The notes under the pieces: generated by a model
The model's database searches: none
Told to the model about the DNA's origin: nothing
Seen by the model: the letters and a program-made list of their open reading frames with translations, nothing else
Assembly: GCA_900617105.1 (NCBI GenBank)
Contig: UYFQ01000146.1
Coordinates: 51,270 to 71,269 of the forward strand
Reading direction: 5' to 3'
Source: Hydrurus foetidus
Lineage: Eukaryota
DNA: 20,000 bases
Part shown: positions 18,189 to 20,000 of the stretch, in pieces
Layout: each line of letters starts with the position of its first letter
How positions within the stretch are numbered: position 1 is the stretch's first letter
Program-made: the position numbers and the translations under genes

Positions 18189-19138
18189 TCGGGAATATCC
18201 TTAAATTCTTTCAATAATCCTTGTGGGTTTCTACAATACGGACGAATACACCACTTTTTATGATTTACATCGTAAAATGCTCCCATTTCTTTCGCTTTAT
18301 CTTTTTTTGCATAAGTGATGTCTAAATATGTTCTTGGCTCTAATATTGTAAAGTTTTTAACTGTGGGTTTATCTACTGGTTTCTCTACTGGTTTCTCTAC
18401 TGGTTTCTCTACTGGTTTCTCTACTGGTTTCTCTACTGGTTTATCTACTGGTTTATTTACTTGTATTTCTACTGGCATTTCTTCTAATTTTCTTCTTTTC
18501 TCATCTTCCTTCATTTGTTTTTTTTCTTCTTTTATTTTATCGGCAATTTTCTTCTTCTCAATGTATTTTATGGTCTTTTTTTGTTCCCGTAGCATCACAT
18601 CTCTATCAATGAGTTTGTTTTTATCAATACAAGCACACCCGACCACAATGCAGTAATTAGTAAATTTATTTTTTATTACAGCCAAATTTTCGATACTACA
18701 TGTATGACTGCAACAGCATAGTTTATTTTTTTGTAATTCAGTTCCATCAATTACAACACCTGATGCGTCATTTCCAAGATAAATTTTCTGCCCGAGATGT
18801 AATAAATAACGTTTTTCAACCTGTATCATCACATCTTCAATTGTCTGAATTCTTGTCAAATCACTTACAACCATCATATACAGACCAAACAATGACGGTA
18901 TTGATTTTGCAATACCGTCTCTCAAAATGAATCCAGCAGTTGAAAAATCAATTCTATCCTGATGATCCACTCGGTATTGTCTGATGATGTATTGAGTATC
19001 CAATATAGATTCAAAATTTCTCTCTCCTCTCAATTTGTATGTTTCTTCCAATAATTCTTTAAAATTATCTTGAACTTCCTTGATAAACTCTTTCAACTTA
19101 TCGTTTGTTATAAAAGCAACAACGCTTGTTCCTGACAT
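18173..19138 (-). CDS. Hypothetical protein: Cys/His cluster, VEKP repeats, C-terminal DUF5710-like domain
   Basis: CCCSH...VVGCACI putative Zn site; [20 protein letters not shown]...KKW resembles DUF5710 from memory. Confidence 0.7.
   Translation of the reverse strand: MSGTSVVAFITNDKLKEFIKEVQDNFKELLEETYKLRGERNFESILDTQYIIRQYRVDHQDRIDFSTAGFILRDGIAKSIPSLFGLYMMVVSDLTRIQTIEDVMIQVEKRYLLHLGQKIYLGNDASGVVIDGTELQKNKLCCCSHTCSIENLAVIKNKFTNYCIVVGCACIDKNKLIDRDVMLREQKKTIKYIEKKKIADKIKEEKKQMKEDEKRRKLEEMPVEIQVNKPVDKPVEKPVEKPVEKPVEKPVEKPVDKPTVKNFTILEPRTYLDITYAKKDKAKEMGAFYDVNHKKWCIRPYCRNPQGLLKEFKDIPDPRKN
18366..18461. repeat. Coding 12-bp tandem repeat x8
   Basis: GGTTT(C/A)T(C/T)TACT x8 encoding V(E/D/N)KP. 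Confidence 0.95.
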
Positions 19139-19158
19139 ATTATTATATAATAGGATAA

Positions 19159-19197
19159 TGTCTTTATACTGTTATATAATATAATAAGATAAACCAA
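19159..19197 (-). promoter_or_regulatory. Second copy of 39-bp intergenic element
   Basis: Lies between stop 19198 and ATG 19138; 36/39 identical to 17840-17878. Confidence 0.6.
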
Positions 19198-19437
19198 CTA
19201 ATAATACTTTTTTAAATCACTAATCTCATCATCTAATTTCTGCATTTCTTTTCGGTAATAATTCCATTTTTCAGTAAATGAATAAGTAATCTCATCATAA
19301 AGAGCTTTTCTTACTGCATCAGGTACTTCGTCTAATTTGAGCATTTGTATCCCAATTTGAATATCTGACATCTCTGAATTATGTTTTTGGATTAATCGTA
19401 ACCTCTTGAGTTCTATTTCATCTATTTGTGTATTCAT
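19198..19437 (-). CDS. Small helical hypothetical protein
   Basis: 79-aa ORF with aaaATG context and upstream ATAAAG motif. Confidence 0.6.
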   Translation of the reverse strand: MNTQIDEIELKRLRLIQKHNSEMSDIQIGIQMLKLDEVPDAVRKALYDEITYSFTEKWNYYRKEMQKLDDEISDLKKYY

Positions 19438-19712
19438 TTTATTTTGTTATAATATGATCACTTTATATTTCGATACAAAAGTAATAATGATTTTAAATAT
19501 GCCTTTTCTATGTTTTTTTGTAATTTAGTATCTCATCACGAAGATAATTGTCGTAGATAAAACAAAATTGAATGAATTCGTTTTCATAACCATCTGGTAA
19601 TTGCATGGTAATATACATTACATTATTCACAATTTTCCTTTTATATATTTTGATACAAAATCTAATTATAACGTTATAATGATTTAGAGAAAATGTATCA
19701 TACTATTATACA

Positions 19713-20000
19713 ATGGATACTATTACAGACACGCAAAAGTTAGAAATAATCAAAGATAAAAATCGGGTACGTCAGGCGAGATACTATGAGAATCACAGGG
19801 AAGAAATATTGCAAAAAAATCGAGCAAATAGTGATAGAATCAGAGAAATGAATGCACCACCACCCCCGCCAGAGATAATCCCAACTGAATTCACATTACC
19901 AATGATTATTGATGTACTAACAAAAACAATTGACAAACCTAACACTCTGAAAAAATATATCTGTGATATGAAGCGGATATTTAAAACTTCTGGCATTACA
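19713..20000 (+). CDS. Partial ORF running off the window; possibly N-terminus of a tyrosine recombinase
   Basis: Not in track. Open for 96 codons: MDTITDTQK...RYYENHREEIL...PPPPP...NTLKKYICDMKRIF. The T..Y pattern resembles integrase core-binding helices, but no catalytic residues are in the window. Confidence 0.45.
   Translation, partial: MDTITDTQKLEIIKDKNRVRQARYYENHREEILQKNRANSDRIREMNAPPPPPEIIPTEFTLPMIIDVLTKTIDKPNTLKKYICDMKRIFKTSGIT

Larger units (their letters stand above)
1..20000. mobile_element. Polinton-like virus / virophage-like (probably endogenous) dsDNA viral element, extending beyond both window edges, with nested LTR retrotransposon
   Basis: Compact, apparently intronless AT-rich gene array containing an A32-like packaging ATPase, penton-like proteins, fibre proteins, a TVpol-SF3 helicase and a DNA methyltransferase, a typical PLV gene set. 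The nested eukaryotic LTR element suggests a chromosomally integrated copy. MCP and terminal repeats are not in the window. Confidence 0.85.

Noticed and set aside
18315..18656. Plus-strand ORF with STGF repeats; 12-bp array as a possible CRISPR
   Set aside because: Antisense of the VEKP coding repeat; no unique spacers.
1..20000. Bacteriophage/prophage origin
   Set aside because: No consistent Shine-Dalgarno motifs, terminase or portal genes; A32-like ATPase, penton-like genes and a nested eukaryotic LTR element point to a eukaryotic virus.

Overview
AT-rich, gene-dense segment of a Polinton-like virus (PLV)/virophage-like element, most likely endogenous in a protist genome. The left part is a morphogenesis module: minor capsid (penton)-like gene, permuted-papain-like protein, fibre/LamG proteins and an A32-like packaging ATPase. 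The right part holds an amino-DNA methyltransferase, a TVpol (PolA-like)-D5/SF3 primase-helicase and small early-type genes. The helicase gene is cleanly split by a ~5.73 kb chromodomain-bearing Ty3/Gypsy LTR retrotransposon (9965-~15694). Its LTRs are identical by eye and it has a target-site duplication; removing it restores one ~852-aa ORF. Most frameshifts in both elements can be repaired by adding a base to a homopolymer run, so they are probably long-read errors. Most interesting features: (i) an iteron/AT-rich inverted repeat directly 3' of the helicase (candidate replication origin); (ii) a canonical-looking 98-nt intron at the gag/pol junction whose splicing would give a Gag-only protein; (iii) Mimivirus-type AAAATTGA motifs in duplicated intergenic cassettes; (iv) a split penton-like paralogue with a LamG domain. 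No major capsid gene or viral terminus is visible. Product calls are from motif recognition by eye; no database search was run.
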